Shown: in pieces, positions 41,401 to 55,944 of the stretch
Numbering within the stretch: position 1 is the stretch's first letter
Layout of the letters: every line of letters begins with the position of its first letter
Assembly: GCA_964016885.1 (NCBI GenBank)
Contig: OZ024742.1
Location: 199,764,001-199,828,000 of the forward strand
DNA from: Eledone cirrhosa
Taxonomy: Eukaryota
Direction: 5' to 3'
DNA length: 64,000 bases
Program-made: the position numbers and the translations under genes
Notes under the pieces: generated by a model
What the model saw: only the letters and a program-made list of their open reading frames with translations
Database searches by the model: none
What the model was told of the DNA's origin: nothing

Positions 41401-41810
41401 GATGCGCGCAGGGCGACGAAACCGTCCTGCACGCACTCGTCGAGTGTCCGAAAATTGCTGACTTGTGGGTTTATGTCGAACACCTGCTGTCGCGTGTAGG
41501 ACGGATCCGGCTATCATCTGAGTCCATCGTGAGGATTGCACCACCCTCTTCTTTTAGCCGGGAAGGGCAGGCAGTTTTTATCTGTCTGATGGCCATGGCG
41601 AAAGAGATAGTATGGTGGACACGTTTGAAAGGGCTGAAGACGAGCACTTACCTCTTCGGTGATGCTCTGATTAACTTTTTCAAATTTCATTTGAAAAGGA
41701 AAATCAGGATAGAGAGGGAAGTACTCTCTTCCCAGCATTTTGTTGAAAGATGGGTGAGAGAAGCAAGAATGGCCCGAGTGAATGGGCCTACTCTGAGTAT
41801 GTATCTGTAA
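38463..41810 (+). pseudogene. Tx1-like ORF2: APE endonuclease, reverse transcriptase and C-terminal Cys/His motif; disrupted
   Basis: SINARGL, ISET, VYAP, VGDWN, YTDHK, GYWKLN, GKSPGLDGLP, FRPITLLN, DQSKAFDRV, VRQGCPLS, AYADN, CPRCAQGDETVLHALVEC. Several frameshifts and a stop at 40112-40114. Confidence 0.93.
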
Positions 41811-42247
41811 ATTAAAGGTGGAAAACTGGGAGAGGGCACTTGCCTTGGTGGTCAGGGTCACTGTGGCCTTTTACTGGGCTTTCTCCACAAATGTCCCTCC
41901 GAAGTCTCCCCCCTATTGGGGAATTTTTCATTGTTATTTTTTTGTTACATCCTCTGTTTTTGTTCTTTACACGCAGAAATGCTCATTTGTACCGTCCTGT
42001 ATTGTCCTGTACTGTCCTTAATGTCTACTTTATGTAAACCCTTGTGGTTAATAAAGAAAACATTATTATTATTATGATTATTATTATTATGATTATTATT
42101 GATATTGATATTCTTATAATGACGTTAATGATGATATCACAACATTATGATGACCTTGATGATGGATTCACAACAATAACAACAACAATAAATAATAATA
42201 TTTTCTTTATTAATATTATCATTATATTAATATCACATTTATATGTA

Positions 42248-43434
<1,187 letters not shown>

Positions 43435-43659
43435 TCATGATTTCTCTCATCCTCACATAGTATCGGTCTCAAAAAGCCTGAAGCGATCATCTTTTTCATA
43501 AGACACACAATTATATCTGATATTTATTTTATTTGAATTAGGTTTTTGTTAATTCAAAATCAATTCGAGATTCTAAAATGGTTTAGCAATAGAATTAATA
43601 TTTTGATAACTGGTAGATTTTGTTATTTCTGCCTTGCTTAATTCTCTCCATTATGCACG

Positions 43660-44060
43660 GAGCTTTGTCGAATGGTTAAGGACATCACCCTACAATTATG
43701 TAGTTACTGTTTCAATCTCAATGTGTGAAATCTATGTGTGAAACTATCATTTATAAATACTTCGGATCAGGCCAAGCTGTTTTGAGTGAATTAGCGTTGA
43801 CGGAATCTGTTTGGAAGCTCGTCGGATCGACCGTACCAATAATTCAAAGGGCCAGCCCTGTTACATGGTATGCCTGCTGAATTCTTCTGAGAATGTTGTT
43901 ACGGTCAGACCTGTCGAATCAGTTGAATGTTCATCCATTGTATTGTTGAGAATAGACTGTACCTGTAATTCAAGGGTCCAGCCTTGTCATACATTGTGTC
44001 ATTCAGAATCTTTCTGAGAATTACACAAAGATGACGCATATCGTACCAGTGGAATACTCA
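43660..44060 (+). mobile_element. Second, older SINE-like family (tRNA-like head, CORE-like middle)
   Basis: Shares ACTGTACCTGTAAT..CCAGCC..CTGAAT..CTGAGAAT..ACTCA with 44420-44480, 45820-46165 and 61290-61600. Confidence 0.55.
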
Positions 44061-44067
44061 CTCACAC

Positions 44068-44388
44068 CAGGCCTGCCAGCCTCTAAAGACCCAAACAGGG
44101 AGTACCATGAAAAGAAGTTTCCCAAAACGGGGAGTAATGTGGTAAAATGGAGAGATTTTACATAATTGTTTCTATTTTAGGCAAAAGGCCAGCAATTACC
44201 CAGTACATTACTGGTACTTTATTTTATCGACCCCGTAAGGATGAAAGGCAAAGTTAACCTCGGCGGGATTTGAACTCAGATCATAAAGGGACGTAACTAT
44301 GCTTCAAAGCATGAAGAGAAGACATCTCTCACCCACCCCAGAGTGGGTGGGAGATCTCCCCGTCGGACGGGGAGAGTTGACAGGTCTG
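44068..44388. mobile_element. hAT-like MITE with a nested SINE (44161-44312, -)
   Basis: Imperfect TIRs CAGGCCTGCCAGC/GTTGACAGGTCTG, flanked by direct CTCACAC. Confidence 0.65.
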
Positions 44389-44779
44389 CTCACACTATAA
44401 TACACATCTCCAGTCTTCTCACATATTGTGTCATGCTGAAGCTCCTTTAGATTCGTGTCTGAGGAATACTCAGCCACTTACATTATAGTACAAGGTAGCC
44501 TGTACATGTTGTTCAAAGGTCTAATTTTGTCACTCAACAACAACAACAGCAACAATGACAAAAACATCAACTACAATAACAACAGTAATAATAACAATAA
44601 CAGCAACGAAAACAACAACAAACAAATTATAACGAAACCGAATGTGTGAATCTTTGATATATTGTTAGTAAGAGTAATGAAAGGCCTTCACTCAAGATCA
44701 CAGCTGAACTTCGTAGGGTACACACTGGTTGGACTAATTTGAGAGGAATTTCACACAGATACCTGTCGACGTTATACGG

Positions 44780-45022
44780 CACCCGGCTTAACACCCCTAT
44801 ATAAATCCTTGGGTAGCTGTAACGGAGTCTTGGCTTTTTGTAAATATTTGCACCAAGTCACCCGGTTTAACACTCCCATATAACCTCTTGGGTACTTCTA
44901 GCGGATTTTATCCATTTGCAAATAGCAAGCCAAGATATCCCGGCTTAACACCGCCATAAAACACTTTAGTATATTTTGCGAAGTCTATTCTGTTGCAAAT
45001 ATTTGCACTAAGTCACCCCTAT
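44780..45022. repeat. Degenerate ~79-bp tandem repeat, ~3 copies
   Basis: CCCGG(C/T)TTAACAC..ATA..TTGCAAATA..CCAAG recurs at ~44780, 44859 and 44938. Confidence 0.7.
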
Positions 45023-45819
45023 TTAAGTTTGTTCCTCCCCTTTTAGGAAGTTTCTGCAAAAAGGGCGCAGCCGCTGCCCTTCCTCTTGTGACGAAGCCAG
45101 AAAGCCATAAAATGAAATACATTAAGCAATCTGGTGTATTGTAATAGAAACTCCTCAAAGTCTCTTAAATCGTTTCTCTTTACTATTTACTGTTACAAAA
45201 TACGCAGTACCCGGGTTTTAGAGTTCTCAGAGACATAGAAATATTCGAGAAGTATCCTGTCAGAAAAAACAAGGAATTCTTAGCAATGCGTCACCCCAAG
45301 ATGTTCGTTAGTGAGGAATTTCCGCTTTGTTACTGATACTTAATTAGAAGCCAAACAAAATAAAATAAAAAAATAAAAAAAACACACACACACAACACAA
45401 AAAATATATAAAAACAAACAAACAAAACAGAACAAAACAAAAAATATATCGTGTATCTAAAATGATACCTCTTCGTCTGTTGTAAGTCACTAGAATTATG
45501 TTTATGTTGGAAATAACATATAACTGGGGAAACACTTTACCATGTAAAACGAAAGAAAATAAAATACATTTTAAAATATATACATAGTTCTATAACACAC
45601 TTGACTCTATATCATACGTAACTCTAGAAACATTTGGCTCTATAACAAGTTTTATGTTTTTTCGTTGTGTGTTGTATTTCTAACTTCGACGATTTAAAAG
45701 TCATTTGCAAAACAACTATTCATTCAAACAATAGAGAAAACTGTAACAGACAACCTCTGCTCTGAAACAACTAGCTTTAAGTATGTGATTATGTATTTAT
45801 GTGAAAGCAGCATAGACGA

Positions 45820-46165
45820 AAGTTTAAGAAGTTAGCTTCACTATTATAAGATCTTAGGTTTGATCGCACAATGTGGTATCTAGGGCAAGGCTCATTTACC
45901 ATGGCTTCACATCGACACAAGTCTTGTGATTGGAAGTACGTCTGATGGACTGTACCTGTAATACAAAGGGCCAACCTAGTCTCACATTATGTCACGTTGA
46001 ATCTCACTGAAAATTATGTTAAAAGTACACGTGTCTGTGAAATACTCAGCCACTTTCACTATAATGTAAGATGGAGTGTACCTGTAATACAAAGATCCAG
46101 CCATATCACACAAACTGTCACGCTGAGTCGCGATGAGAATTACGCCAAGGGTACGCCACTTTATC
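45820..46165 (+). mobile_element. Second SINE-like family copy
   Basis: GGTTTGATC B-box-like motif, GGGCAAG CORE-like segment, duplicated TGTACCTGTAATACAAAG block. Confidence 0.55.
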
Positions 46166-46578
46166 CACAATATAAGACCGAGGATATCTGGAAATGTTGA
46201 TGGAACTAGGAACTTTACTGTTACAAACTACATATAAAGATATGATAAGGAAATACAGAAAATACTAAAGATGAATCTAGAACGCAGTGGCCACTTCAAA
46301 AACTTATTTAAAAGGTTCTTCCGGCGGCGTTAACATTTGCACAGGTTGATTACACCGTATACTATCTTATTTCAAATCGAAAGACACTCACTTGTTGGTC
46401 CCTGTTTCTATGTTATGCTGTATTTCATGCATCTTTCAGGCGGCTTGTTCTAACCCGTCAAGCAACCTGGGCTCAATGTTATGCGATACCATTGCATTTC
46501 CCAGTGGTTGGCTGAAGTAAAAGATGGATGCTTTTGTTCATTCGTCCCATGAATTTTTAACTTTTTCATGAACAACTT

Positions 46579-46840
<262 letters not shown>

Positions 46841-47125
46841 CCGCATGTATCTGTGTGTTTCTAAATATATTGTTCATAACTCCCTCTGGTCGAGTAATCT
46901 TTGAAGTGTGGTGACTGCTGGAAAGCTGCCATTACTCATACTTCTCGCCTCCTTCTACGGCTTCGATATAAATACCCCCTCCGCCTCCGTGGTATTTTCT
47001 TCGGGGTTATAAGAGGCTTAGCTCTGTTTCTCGACCGTTATATCGCGTGACTATCTCCCCCTCCACCTTTTGGGATTCTTTCTCACGTCATGTAGACGCG
47101 TTCTTGAAGCTAGTAAAATGAGGTA

Positions 47126-47215
47126 TCCTCTTGATAAGTCGGCAGACCTCGCAAAGACTCTATATCATTATGATGTATTGTTTTTGTTTATGCCACGAAA
47201 CTACGTAGTCGAGGA
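47126..47215 (+). ncRNA. Hammerhead, U3-A8 variant with extended stem II (family I, copy 1)
   Basis: TCCTC-TTGATAA-GTCGGCA..TGCCAC-GAAA-CTACGTAG-TC-GAGGA. GUC cleavage predicted after 47210. Confidence 0.85.
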
Positions 47216-47718
47216 ATCTAGGAGCAGTTTAGGTATGATACATTTTATTACTAATTATATCTAAATGTTTCTTCTCTCTTCATAATGTATTTTTAACTCT
47301 GATACTGGTTCAGTCTGATTCAACCGGATTGGTCTGTCCCAGTTATTCATTGAGCAACACCGGTAAGGTTGGCACCATTAACTCACGGTTGGGTGTGGAT
47401 GCATTCATGTATATGTGTGTGTCCGCATGTATCTGTGTGTTTCTAAATATATTGTTCATAACTCCCTCTGGTCGAGTAATCTTTGAAGTGTGGTGACTGC
47501 TGGAAAGCTGCCATTACTCATACTTCTCGCCTCCTTCACCACCTCTTCTACGGCTTCGATATAAATACCCCCTCCGCCTCCGTGGTATTTTCTTCGGGGT
47601 TATAAGAGGCTTGGCTCTGTTTCTCGACCGTTATATCGCGTGACTATCTCCCCCTCCGCCTTTTGGGATTCTTTCTCACGTCATGTAGACGCGTTTTTGA
47701 AGCTAGTAAAATGAGGTA

Positions 47719-47800
47719 TCCTCTTGATAAGTCGGCAGACCTCGCAAAGACATTATATTGTATTGTTTTTGTTTATGCCACGAAACTACGTAGTCGAGGA
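47719..47800 (+). ncRNA. Hammerhead (family I, copy 2)
   Basis: Same motif with a shorter stem II loop. GUC cleavage predicted after 47795. Confidence 0.85.
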
Positions 47801-47872
47801 ATCTAGGAGCAGTTTAGGTATGATACATTTTATTACTAATTATATCTAAATGTTTCTTCTCTCTTCATAATG

Positions 47873-47903
<31 letters not shown>

Positions 47904-47942
47904 ATATGTATATATATGTATATATATATATATATATATATT

Positions 47943-48420
47943 GTTATACTTGGGGAGGGTCATATTTGCGTAATATTGCCAGAATTAATAACAGAACACA
48001 CTCACTGTTTGGTTGGTTTTCGCTTCTCGCTGTCTTTTATATCTGCGATCTAACTTACTCGGTCCTCAATGTTGCCATTGACTGACCGGCGGTCAAAAAT
48101 AATACAGATACAATATAGACACAAACACATATATATAGTTTACATAATTTACATAAATCTTTCGTTGCACATCTGCAACATCGTCAGTGGTGTTATATTC
48201 ATTGTTCCTCCTGTTGTGTTGTATGTCTACGCCATTTTTTTAATTCAGTCTGATAGACAGACTGAATAAAAAAAATGGCGTAGACATACAACACAACAGG
48301 AGGAACAATGAATATAACACCACTGACGATGTTGCAGATGTGCAACGAAAGATTTATGTAAATTATGTAAACTATATATATGTGTTTGTGTCTATATTGT
48401 ATCTGTATTATTTTTGACCG
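47943..48420. mobile_element. Fold-back family E PLE terminal repeat
   Basis: Near-perfect palindrome 48085-48420 centred ~48254. Sequence similar to 24110-24400. Confidence 0.85.
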
Positions 48421-48539
48421 CAACAGGAATACATATTCCTGTTATTTTAACGAAACGACCGTCAATCATTCAAATGACTTAATGAAAGTCCTGCTTAATC
48501 TTTAGTCTTATATATATATATAAGAGAGCATGGCACTAG

Positions 48540-49225
48540 CAATTTTTAATATGTTACCCCCGTAACTATGTATGTTTACACTCTTCACAAATTATCGCCT
48601 GTAATTGTTTATTTTATATACATATGTCATCCTAGTTTAAATTTAATTTAATATAAATGCTCGGATTTACTACTTAGAATCTTAGGGCTTATTCCACAGG
48701 TGGTATGGCGCATGCTTCTGATATTATCAGACATGACATCCTTAATCTAATTTTTGTAATATGTACGGCTCCTATGTTTATTAGTAGAGCTTTTCATGTT
48801 GAAAGGACTCGGCTGTTATTCCTAGCTGTCGATAACTCTTTTGATGCCACAGGCTTGACGGCGGGGCGATGTGTTTTTTAAACCACACATGACCTTACAC
48901 CGTTATTCCCTGATTTGCTTCTAGTGTATAATGATAGATAGTTAAATCTTCTCCATTGCCGATGATCCAAGATTTAACATCTATGATTCACTGATTAATG
49001 GTGAAATATATTTCTTCAATGGAATATATACAAAGGTGATTAATAATTATTGCAAGATATCTATATTCTAGGTTCTTGTTAATTTTTAATATATTACCTC
49101 CGTAACTATGTATGTTTACACCCTACACAAATTATCCCCTGTAATTGTTTGATGTGTTTATTTTATATAGATATGTCATCCTAATTTTAATTTTAATTTA
49201 AATTTAATTTCATAATTTAATTATA
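48540..49225. repeat. ~120-bp diverged direct repeat (48541-48655 / 49081-49225)
   Basis: AATTTTTAATAT..CGTAACTATGTATGTTTACAC..CACAAATTATC..TATGTCATCCTA occurs twice. Confidence 0.75.
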
Positions 49226-49321
49226 TATTGCATAGCTACGGCTTCCTAAAACTGTATTTCTTTGGAGATACGAAATATTTAAACATATTGTATAAAGCTA
49301 TGCTTGAAGCGAAATCCTATT

Positions 49322-49584
<263 letters not shown>

Positions 49585-49585
49585 G

Positions 49586-49647
<62 letters not shown>

Positions 49648-50101
49648 GCCACAGGTATAGCTAAGTTGGTATGAGGGTTCGCGTCGCCAGCAGAATAGGG
49701 ATCCGTATAGCCCCCGGTCGGTCCATTACTGATTCCATAAGACGTAAGACTTGAACTTTGGAACGCACATAACTATACATCAGGGTGTACACAACACGTT
49801 ATTAGTAATGGAGACGATTGCACATGGTGGGGGTAAATTGCATACCAAATACTAAATTTAGTTTCTGCAAGTATGAACTGATGAGACATGTGCAGCTGCG
49901 ACTGTCATTCAGTCATTCAGTCGTTATTTATAGGTTGAAAAGTCCTTCCAGTCAACAACTACTACTGGAACGTAGTAGTTACAGGCCAGTAGTGACACGT
50001 GACGTCAGAGGAGGAGGAAGTCGAATACCAATATATCTATATATATATATATATACTTTATAAATAACATAACAATCAAAGTGTGTTTAATAACATTTAA
50101 C

Positions 50102-50148
50102 TACTAACTATCGTTTCATCAACGCACAAGGCCGGGATCATCGGAGTA
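50102..50148 (-). ncRNA. Hammerhead-like motif, U4C variant (family J)
   Basis: TACT-CCGATGA-TC..GAT-GAAA-CGATAG-TT-AGTA. Stem II imperfect. (TA)n ~45 nt downstream. Confidence 0.55.
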
Positions 50149-50473
50149 TAAATAAAAAGTTAGAAGACAGATAACTTTGTTAAAGAACATTGTGGGTATA
50201 CCACACATGGGAAGAAATCAGAAATAATAGATATTAACATTGATATAAGAGAGGAAAGCAAGAAGCACACGAAAAACATGATCATATAAATATAATTAAG
50301 AATCAGCAGCCAGAGGCATTAAAAAATTTAAAAACTAGCTGGTATGAAGAAAAGAAAAAAGCTGCTATAAAGAATTTTAACATAATGCAGGGACATCATA
50401 TACTGACAAATATAATACAACATAAGCATTACAACAGTCTATAAAAGCTAGTGCAAAGGATCAAATATAAACT

Positions 50474-50563
<90 letters not shown>

Positions 50564-51087
50564 TTTATATTTGATCATATACAGTTTTAAATTAGTTGGT
50601 CTATTATACAACAGAATATTCGATAGTCGGGATAGTTGAGTATGACATTATTAGAAAAAGTCGGGGTCCTACGACTGAGCTCTTGCCTTTTCAACAGTTA
50701 GTTCCAGACTCTGAAACTAGCTGTTGAAACGAAAAGAGCTCAGCCGTAGGGCCCCTACTTTATCTAACACACACACACACACACACACATACTTATATAT
50801 GTAATATATATATGATTTATTTGTGTTCATATATATATATATATGCATATATATATAGTAATAATAATAATAAATGTGAATACTAAAATAATCCGAAGAG
50901 GGCTCGATAAGGGTGAAAGCAGTGATTCTTTGCTTAAACTTTAATCTGTTATATTAATATATATATATATATATATAAGCAAGATGTATGGTAGGTCGTA
51001 TGCGAATCGCGATGATCACGTCTGACCTACCAAATATGTGACGGTAGCTAGTTAAGCTCTATGCGTATAAGCAGAGCAGAAATATTA

Positions 51088-51730
51088 ATGAAAAAGAACA
51101 AAGGAACTGTTATGACATTATAACAAGTTTATTGCCGACAGCCGTTTCGTCCGACCATATGGTGGGACTTTTCAAGGCATATAACATGTGATTGTAAGTT
51201 CATTATTTACATCAACGTATCACTTAAGACTAGCAGTTTGAAATTGTGGTATACATCAGCAGCTCCGCTTGTATATTTAGGGTCTATATTCTAAGGGGGC
51301 TCCTTTATATTAGTTGTCGGAATTGTAAAAGGGATGGGTTATGGGGGGTTAAGAGAATTTGAAAATGTCCTGAGAGTCAGGGATTGAAGGTTAAAAATTA
51401 GATAATTTATAATTTACGTATTAAAAGTAAAAGACTTGGGATCTCTTAGAAGCACCCTAAAAAATCTTAATCTCTTCTAGTTTGTTAAATTTCTTGGGGC
51501 TTGTAAGCTTTATGCACTTATTGAGGGATTTTTTAGGGTGCTTCTACGAGAACCCAAGTCTTTTACTTTTAATACGTAAATTTCAAACTGCTAGTCTTAA
51601 GTGATACGTTGATGTAAATAATGAACTTACAATCACATGTTATATGCCTTGAAAAGTCCCACCATATGGTCGGACGAAACGGCTGTCGGCAATAAACTTG
51701 TTATAATGTCATAATAGTTCCTTTGTTCTT

Positions 51731-51736
<6 letters not shown>
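51088..51736. mobile_element. Fold-back element (family K) with hammerheads at 51133-51179(-) and 51645-51691(+)
   Basis: TGCC-TTGAAAA-GTCC-C-ACCA/TGGT-C-GGAC-GAAA-CGGCTG-TC-GGCA-ATAAA. Arms 51088-51245/51580-51736, plus an inner inverted block. Confidence 0.85.
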
Positions 51737-51790
<54 letters not shown>

Positions 51791-51791
<1 letters not shown>

Positions 51792-52272
51792 TTACACAAA
51801 TATCAAAGTTATGTTTAAAACATTTAATCGCTGACAATTGTTTCTTCCAAACTTAAGCTTGCAGTCCTCGGAGCATTATTAATGTTTGTACATATAATTA
51901 ACCTCCTATTCAACTGAAGAATCATACAGATATATATATATTGATTATACATCAATATATATATATCTGTATGATTCTTCAGTTGAATAGGAGGTTAATT
52001 ATATGTACAAACATTAATAATTGTTACTACTTTTGGCACAATTCCAGCAATTACCCAGTGCATTACTGGTACTTTATTTTATCGACCCCGTAAGGATGAA
52101 AGATAAAGTTAAACTCGACGGGATTTGAACTCAGACCGTAAAGGGGCGTAACTATGCTAGAAAGCATGGCGTCCAAACATTAATAATGCTCCGTGGACCT
52201 CAAGCTTAAGTTTGGAAGAAACAATTGTCAGCGATTAAATATTTTAAACATAACTTTGATACTTGTGTAATC
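51791..52272. mobile_element. Fold-back element (family L) with hammerhead-like motifs at 51830-51874(-) and 52188-52232(+); SINE inserted in the right arm
   Basis: GCT-CCGAGGA-..CAAGCTTAAGTTTG..-GAAA-CAATTG-TC-AGC. SINE 52022-52173 with TSD CAAACATTAATAAT. Confidence 0.8.
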
Positions 52273-52412
52273 TATATTACTGCTCTGTAAAACAACAGAT
52301 GTTCTTACATTGAGCTATTTCTCTTACTGGTAATAAGGTAGTAATAAATTACTCACCTTCCTTGTTTATAGTTGTTTATAGTTTAGTATATACATAGCTA
52401 TAAATAGTATCT

Positions 52413-52480
<68 letters not shown>

Positions 52481-52487
<7 letters not shown>

Positions 52488-52748
52488 ATAAAATAAATAA
52501 GTCAAATGTTTAAAATTTAGCTTCGTTTATTACTGCTATATATATTTCAGTGACAGCCATATTTGACTGTGACCTCTTCAGGCAGTCCGAATTAGTGTGG
52601 TATAGACTTGTATAGACAAGTCTATACCACACTAATTCGAACTGCCTGAAGAGGTCACAGTCAAATATGGCTGTCACTGAAATATATATAGCAGTAATAA
52701 ACGAAGCTAAATTTTAAACATTTGACTTATTTATTTTATTTTATTTTA
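52481..52748. mobile_element. Fold-back element (family A) with hammerheads at 52532-52586(-) and 52641-52695(+)
   Basis: ACTGC-CTGAAGA-GGTCACAGTCA/TGGCTGTCACT-GAAA-TATATA-TA-GCAGT-AATAAA. Near-perfect palindrome between (TA)n arrays. Confidence 0.88.
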
Positions 52749-52812
52749 CATTACTCCGGAGTAACCAAACCAACCTGCATACTGAGGTGTTGGTATACAA
52801 CCAACATATACT

Positions 52813-52849
<37 letters not shown>

Positions 52850-53674
52850 TTATGAAACGAAAGGAGCTGCGTGGTTACTAAAAACAAGGTTTAGGATGGT
52901 GGTTAGGACGGAACAGGAGGGGAAAAGATGAGGAGAGAGGAAGAACGGGAAAAAATAGGAAAGGAATAAAAAAAATGTACAGGTCCCATCGTGGGAAGAG
53001 ACAGGTGAAAGAAACATGCAAAAATGTAACCGTGGAAAAATAGGGTAAGTAAGTTGTGGCCAACCTGGGAGACTTTAGCCTGGTGGTCAGCTACGACTCA
53101 GAGCTGGTATAATCGTGCTGCCTCTCACATAGACAGGAGAAAGTGAGAGAGAGACACGGGCAACCAAAAGTGAGGAGGAGAAGGGAAAGGGAGATAATCC
53201 AGAAGGATTTTTTTTAGGACGGTGGTAAAAACATATATATATATATAATTTATTTATGTTCATATATATATGACAAACTAAACTTTTGCATATGACGAAC
53301 TAAATTTGATATCAGTAGTCATTATTCTTCTATATCGTCCATCCTACAAAATAAAGCTCTTATCCTAAATAGAAAGTTTACTAATTTAATTAACCAAGAC
53401 ATTGATATCACACTTGATGCAGTCGTAGTGTGATTGAGTTTGATGATTTTATTGGACTAAGAAAGACAGAGAGTATAATTTTGATATAACCACGCTGTCT
53501 AGTGACCTTGCCCAGGTTTCGGATCTTATTTAGCTGTATATTCTACATAAATTAAAAGTTGGAGATCCAAATTTGTGTGTGAAGGGTTATATAGATACCG
53601 TTTTTTATCCTCTGGTCGCCTCTGGAAATGAGGAAAAATATGTATAAATTCTTTAAGAATTATGAAGAGATTAT

Positions 53675-53853
53675 AATAATTGTTTCTACTTTTGGCACAA
53701 GGCCAGAATCTTAGTGTATTACTGGTACTTTATTTTATCGACCCCGTAAGGATGAAAGGCAAAGTTAGCCTCGGCGGGATTTGAACTCAGACCTTAAAGG
53801 GCCATAACTCTATGCTGCAAAGCATGGCGTCCGACCCTCTTCCGATACTGCCA
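53675..53853 (-). mobile_element. tRNA-derived SINE
   Basis: Main SINE family, with ATTATAATAAT on both sides. Confidence 0.88.
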
Positions 53854-54238
53854 ATTATAATAATAAAATATTTGATAGTAATTTTCTTAGACTAGAATTA
53901 GACACCGGACTTTATAGACCTTATAATAAAACTAATAAAACCCACCATTATTGATATAGATTGTTTAACCATCCTAGAGCAATTATTAACTCGATAATTT
54001 AATCAATTTCAAATAAATTTTCATCATTCCTTTACGCAATTCTAATGTAGAATATTGTTTACGTTGGTCAATTGTTAATAAAGGTAGTCCTTATAAAGGC
54101 GGTACGTCCCAGTGTAGTCTTTGTTCTATCAAAGCTCTTGAAAAAGCGATGACTGATAAACCTATTTAAAATCGTAGACAAAAATAATTATTTGTTCTTT
54201 ATACACCACTCTTCTTACTTTTCAAGAATGGTTTATGA

Positions 54239-54506
54239 CAGGCATGGGCAACCTTTTTCGAGAAGCGGGCCGTAAGCGCTAATTTACATTCGTACCCACA
54301 TTAAAAAAAGGGCGGTAACTCAGGTTGTTTGGATTTATTTCTTCAGATTTCGTACACGTTGTTTTCATCGGTCGTAAAAATGATAGAAAGATAAATTACG
54401 ACTGAAAAGTTGGGGTAAAAAAATCAGAAAGATTTCACTTAGGTGAGCCATTCAGAAATTTTCGCGGGACGCCTGCGGCCCGCTGGCCGCAGTTTGCCCA
54501 TGACTG
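54239..54506. mobile_element. hAT-type MITE
   Basis: TIRs CAGGCATGGGCAA/TTGCCCATGACTG, subterminal GCGGGCCG/CGGCCCGC, imperfect 8-bp TSD GTTTATGA/ATTTATGG. Confidence 0.75.
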
Positions 54507-55329
54507 ATTTATGGTCTTACATAGCTAAGATGTTCCTATTTTAGGGAATATTTAAATTCCTTATAATCAATTTTCTATATTTAAATATTTTTCAAACGTA
54601 TATTCTTTTATCATTACTAAATATATATATTGAATAAAGTGTACACTCGTTTTAAACGTGTAATATTCATGAGATAAAAGTTACCTTTAGAATTTTATAC
54701 CTTTGATGAAGAAAATTAAGCTAAATACTTTCTTTATATTAAATATATTAATGCTTGATAATATATAATCGAATTTATCCTTATATTGTTCCAGTCATTT
54801 TTAATTGTGTTTGTATTATTTAATAGTTTTTGATTAATTATTTATATCGCCGGTCTTGCAGGAGGCTAGAAAATAATTTGAAGTCATACCTTCCGTTTAT
54901 ATATTTTCTCTCTGTATTAAGTAAACTAATCTCAAATAATAATAATCATTTGTTAAAAATAATTTATTACAACTATTTCCGACCTTCCAGTAATTTTTAA
55001 TAGAGTCTGTAATATTCCATATGTTTTGATTAACATAATTAAACTCTCTATACATTAATTTTATACTGGTTTATAACCTACAAGCAGCTTTGCACATTCC
55101 TACAATGGTTCTGGCATGAGTAATGGTGTGAAATAATATTAATCTTAGTATTTAAGCCTTCGATTAATATAATTAAATTTTTTTTTTTTTTAATTTATGG
55201 TAAATATATTAATGCATAATAATTTTGTAAACAATAATTTCTTTATTATAATTTTCTCCGATATTCCTGTAATTTTTATAGTGTTGGTAATATTCCAGAT
55301 TTATAAAATAAATATAATTAGATCCAGCT

Positions 55330-55940
55330 TAACCCCAAAGTCCTCCCATGTCATAACTTTTGAGGCCTTTACCGTTTCTGTTGCAAGCACCGCAAGTGCA
55401 AGAAGGAAGACTTGTTTCCAAGCCAAGCTTTGTAGGGCTCTTTGACCTCTTGAGTGAACCAAGAGGCTCTCCTGCCATTCGGAAACACGCCAAGCCTCTT
55501 TCACCCGCAGCATGCAACAGCTGAAGCAGAAACTGCTGATCAGCAAATAAAGTGTTCTGGCAGACCATCAGCCGACTTCGTTATAAGAAGTCCTCCTCCA
55601 TACCTGCTATCAGAAATGAGTCTGGGGTTCTCCTCCTTTTAGAGAAGTGCGTCATTGCGTGGTGGAGAGAATACTTTTCAGATCTGCTGAACCCGATCAC
55701 AGAATCTTTTGAGGTACACGAGGTGCATCTGGGCGCGATGACTAATCCCTCGGAGGCTGAGGTAACAAGAGAAATTAAAGAGTTCAAATGTGGCAAGGCG
55801 CTGGGGAGGATGAAATTATGCCCGAGATGGTAAATGCCTTAATTAGAGAAGGTATTCTATGGGTAACTCGTGTGTGACAGGTAACCTGGTTCTCTGGAAA
55901 GGCATCTAAGCAATGGCAATCGGGAGTGATTATTCCAAGA
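55330..55940 (+). pseudogene. RTE-clade LINE fragment (linker and RT N-terminus)
   Basis: FWQTISRLR..WREYFSDLLNP..EAEVTREIKEFKCGKALG, then DEIMPEM..W..WQSGVIIP. Confidence 0.8.
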
Positions 55941-55944
55941 ATTT

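Larger units (their letters stand above)
36079..42095 (+). mobile_element. Near-full-length Tx1-like (L1 clade) non-LTR retrotransposon
   Basis: 5' UTR, gag-like ORF1, APE-RT-CCHC ORF2, AATAAA and (ATT)n tail. Bounded by (ATT)n on both sides. Confidence 0.92.

Noticed and set aside
49240-49285. GTATTTC/GAGATAC-GAAA hairpin as a hammerhead
   Set aside because: The 5' core box is missing (CTAAAACT).
49876-49915. CTGATGA followed by a hairpin
   Set aside because: No GAAA after the stem, so the core is incomplete.
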